64,000 bases of DNA from an uncultured Gemmatimonadales bacterium (GTDB taxonomy: Bacteria; Gemmatimonadota; Gemmatimonadetes; Gemmatimonadales; GWC2-71-9), in the NCBI GenBank assembly GCA_963828735.1, contig CAWHFW010000002.1, forward strand, positions 896,001 to 960,000, written 5' to 3'. Every line of letters begins with the position of its first letter. Position 1 is the stretch's first letter. Position numbers and translations under genes: made by a program. Positions 61,608 to 64,000 of this stretch are shown in pieces. The notes beneath the pieces were generated by a model, which saw nothing but the letters and a program-made list of their open reading frames with translations, was not told where the DNA came from and ran no database searches.

Positions 61608-61988
61608 CTACGCTTCACGCACTGCCTGCAAGAGGAGGCTGCGGACTTCAGCGACTAGCTCGCTGGGTCGAAAGGGTTTGCGAAGTAAACGACCGGGCAC
61701 CAGCGACGGCTGGAGATCGTAGGCTGACATGAACAGGAGAATGGGAGGGTGCCGGATAAACTTAGCGACGCCCGCGAGCTTGAGGCCTCCCATGTTGGGC
61801 ATGACAATGTCTGTCACCAGCAGGTCGATGCGGAGGCCACTGGCCAAGATGCTGAGTGCCAGCTCCCCATCTCCCGCTTCGACGACGCGATAGCCGTCCT
61901 CTCGGAGTGCTCGCACGAGCACTTGGCGCTCGACGTCGTTATCCTCGACGACCAGGATGGTTCTTGGCTGAGGCGGCTGGTATGGCAT
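61608..61988 (-). CDS. Stand-alone response regulator receiver
   Basis: ILVVEDN, DLLVTDIVMPNMGG, LFMSAY, LRKPF. Confidence 0.85.
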   Translation of the reverse strand: MPYQPPQPRTILVVEDNDVERQVLVRALREDGYRVVEAGDGELALSILASGLRIDLLVTDIVMPNMGGLKLAGVAKFIRHPPILLFMSAYDLQPSLVPGRLLRKPFRPSELVAEVRSLLLQAVREA

Positions 61989-62427
61989 GGTTGCAGCCCG
62001 GAGCCGTTGGGTGGCTCTACAGTGAGGGGCGGCAAGTCAATGGCAGCTTCCCGCCACTCTACGCACGGAGCGGGTCGCAATACGTCGATTGTCGGACCTG
62101 CTCGATAGCCCACCGGCGGTGGACTACCACCTAGACTGTCGTTGGAGAAGCCCACCCCGCTAGGTCACCAATCACAAACTGCCGATGCCACACCGCTCGA
62201 TCACTCTCTATGCGACCGGGTCCGGTGAAAGAGTAGTTGCCGATGGGGACCGATTCAGATAACCGAAAGCGTCCTCGTGGTCCGGCGCACGCGTGAGCTC
62301 CCGTGCTCCCTTCTCGGTGTACGCTACCGCACCAATCTTAGGGTCCGGTTGTGGCCCCTTTGCTCCGATGGTGGACAATCGGACGCCGAGATCTCCAAGG
62401 GCGTGATTAGCGTTGGGTTCCTGAGCT

Positions 62428-62700
62428 GTCCCCCCCCTTGTTAATGGTACCGCCCTTTGAGGTCACCGGCTGTCCCTAATCGGGGCGCGTCTGTTCGGCA
62501 CCCTTGCCGAGCGTGGATTGCCCGGTGGAGTCCGTCATTTCCGACTCGGTCTGATTCGGGGCCGAATCGGATCGCACGGGTGCGGTGGAGTCCTGCGCCG
62601 CCCCGACTTCGTCGTTAGACTTGTTCCGCAGGCACGTCCCGCCCTGTCTTGCATTCCGGTGTCCCGAGTCGAGTATTTGGTGCCTGCGGCGCGCACGAGT
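62428..62700 (-). pseudogene. Remnant of a low-complexity secreted protein
   Basis: NQTESEMTDSTGQSTLGKGAEQTRPD*GQPVTSKGGTINKG: coding-like sequence continues past a TAG (likely from CAG). Confidence 0.45.
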
Positions 62701-62799
62701 TCCGGGCGTTCTGTCCTCCGCGACCACTCGCCCACTATCCCAATACGGCTCCCACAGTCCGCGCGTCGCTCTGGTCGCGACCTGAACAGGAGCTTTTCC

Positions 62800-63258
62800 A
62801 TGTCACCTGCTACCAGCACACCCACCACTGTGAAGATCTCCGGTGAAGCGGAGCTGCAATACGCCAAGCGGGAGGCCGTCGATGTGCCCGGCCAGGAGGG
62901 GCACATGCTCGCCCTCGGGGAGGTGCGCGGGACCAATAAGAACACCTCGGCCACGGACTATTTTGCCAACGCCCCGGTCGTGAACGCGGAGACCGCGGAC
63001 CTCACGCAGGGCACCGGGACCCATCAGGGCCACTACACGATGCGCAAGGGCGGTGACGAAGTGATCGCGGCGTGGCGCGGGAAGGTGACGACCGTGCTCG
63101 GGCCCAACAAGGAGCCGCGGACCTCGTTCAAAGGCACGTGGGAATACACCCTGGGCACAGGCGCCTATCGCGGCATCGAGGGCAGTGGGACCTACGAGGG
63201 CGAGTTCTTGGCGGAGGACCGCTACCTCGTTCGCTGGCAGGGGGAGTACCACAAGTAG
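62800..63258 (+). CDS. Hypothetical beta-barrel-type protein
   Basis: AGGAG RBS; GTWEYTLGTGAYRGIEGSGTY resembles allene-oxide-cyclase/dirigent-like barrels. Confidence 0.7.
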   Translation: MSPATSTPTTVKISGEAELQYAKREAVDVPGQEGHMLALGEVRGTNKNTSATDYFANAPVVNAETADLTQGTGTHQGHYTMRKGGDEVIAAWRGKVTTVLGPNKEPRTSFKGTWEYTLGTGAYRGIEGSGTYEGEFLAEDRYLVRWQGEYHK

Positions 63259-63454
63259 GCGGCTGTTCGGGGGCGGACCCAGCTGGCTCGAGTGGCAGCC
63301 TCTCGCTATCGCGAAGGCACTCTGCCGCTGAGTACCGTCTCCTCATAAAGTTCCGCCTCGAAAGCATCCGCGCCGTAGATGGGCGGGGGGCAGGACTGCA
63401 CCAGGGCGGTGGGGCGTAGACGCTCTGTTGAGCCCCACGCCCTTAGTGTAGCCG

Positions 63455-63483
63455 GGTCGAGCGTTCGAGTCGCACCGGGCTCA
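63455..63483 (+). repeat. Degenerate attR: copy of the tRNA-Arg(CCG) 3' end
   Basis: GGTCGAGCGTTCGAGTCGCACCGGGCTCA vs GGTCGCGCGTTCGAGTCGCGCCGGGCCCA (26/29 identical). Confidence 0.8.
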
Positions 63484-63801
63484 TACACTTAGCAGTTTCA
63501 GTCATCGTTCCGCTCGTCACTGCGTGCACACGATCACGAGCGATCGTCGCGCGATCCACGTGCGATCCACGACGAGCCACGCCCTCTTTCCGCTAGTCCA
63601 TCTTTCTCACGCCTCACCCCCGTTCGCACAGTCCCGGTTTTGCCCTGGCGGAGGATCGGGTCACTGACGTTCCGCCCGCGAGGCCCCCCTCGCCTCCGCC
63701 GGGAGATCAGAGCGCCCGGGAGCGTTTGCTCTTCCGCCAGTATCCGGGTAGCGTGCGGCGTCGCACCGATGCTGTCTCGCTCAACCGAAGGCGCTGTCCG
63801 C

Positions 63802-64000
63802 ATGCCGAAGCCGAGCCGTCCCCTCGCGTGGCTGGTCCTGTCCGTCTGGACAGGGCTCGGCATCGGCGCCGGGCTCGCGACGGGGCGGGCCATCGGCCGC
63901 CTGACTGGGCACGGTGGCGTCTCGGTCCACGCCGAGGCCCACCGGGCGGGCGCGGTGCTCCAGAGTGCGCTGGCGCGGCCGCTGAGCGACGTCTTCGCGG
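63802..64000 (+). CDS. 5' part of a membrane-anchored protein (runs off the window)
   Basis: MPKPSRPLAWLVLSVWTGLGIGAGLATG.. open to the end of the window. Confidence 0.5.
   Translation, partial: MPKPSRPLAWLVLSVWTGLGIGAGLATGRAIGRLTGHGGVSVHAEAHRAGAVLQSALARPLSDVFA

Larger units (their letters stand above)
55925..63483. mobile_element. Degraded tRNA-Arg(CCG)-integrated genomic island (~7.5 kb), no intact integrase
   Basis: Last 29 nt of the tRNA (55925-55953) recur at 63455-63483 with 3 mismatches; atypical codon usage and pseudogenes lie between. Confidence 0.7.

Overview
High-GC Gram-negative bacterial chromosome segment; gene content and style suggest Gemmatimonadota (inference, not tested). 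Positions 1-49200 are mostly housekeeping: an envelope/redox block (anti-sigma factor, DUF1684, TlpA, cupredoxin, OFA-type MFS, PQQ dehydrogenase, porin), lipA-pdhABC-lpdA-lipB, peptidases, hisIE-dnaE-accA-ricT-metG, an M23 peptidase, a TPM-nucleotidyltransferase-LemA operon, DsbA, a CPBP protease, waaA, a partial atp cluster (atpAGDC only), mlaEFD and a sigma70 factor. Six tRNAs follow (Ala, Gly, fMet, Val, Arg, Pro), then two accessory blocks: receivers plus a histidine kinase after tRNA-Pro, and a ~7.5 kb integrase-less island bounded by tRNA-Arg(CCG) and a degenerate copy of its 3' end. The strongest unannotated signals are: (1) a ~150 nt minus-strand transcription unit at 36469-36654 with its own promoter, a 13-nt perfect anti-16S Shine-Dalgarno, an 11-codon micro-ORF (MSTESRVACGC), a long stem and a terminator, just upstream of the CPBP protease; (2) a putative lanthanide-type PQQ dehydrogenase with a structured leader, clustered with a Glu-axial cupredoxin, an OFA transporter and a porin; (3) a nucleotidyltransferase fold with NxN in place of DxD in the LemA/TPM operon; (4) a Rex-like box over the atpA promoter; (5) repeated leaderless-mRNA signatures. 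Several frameshifts look like long-read indel errors. All calls come from reading the sequence; no searches were run.
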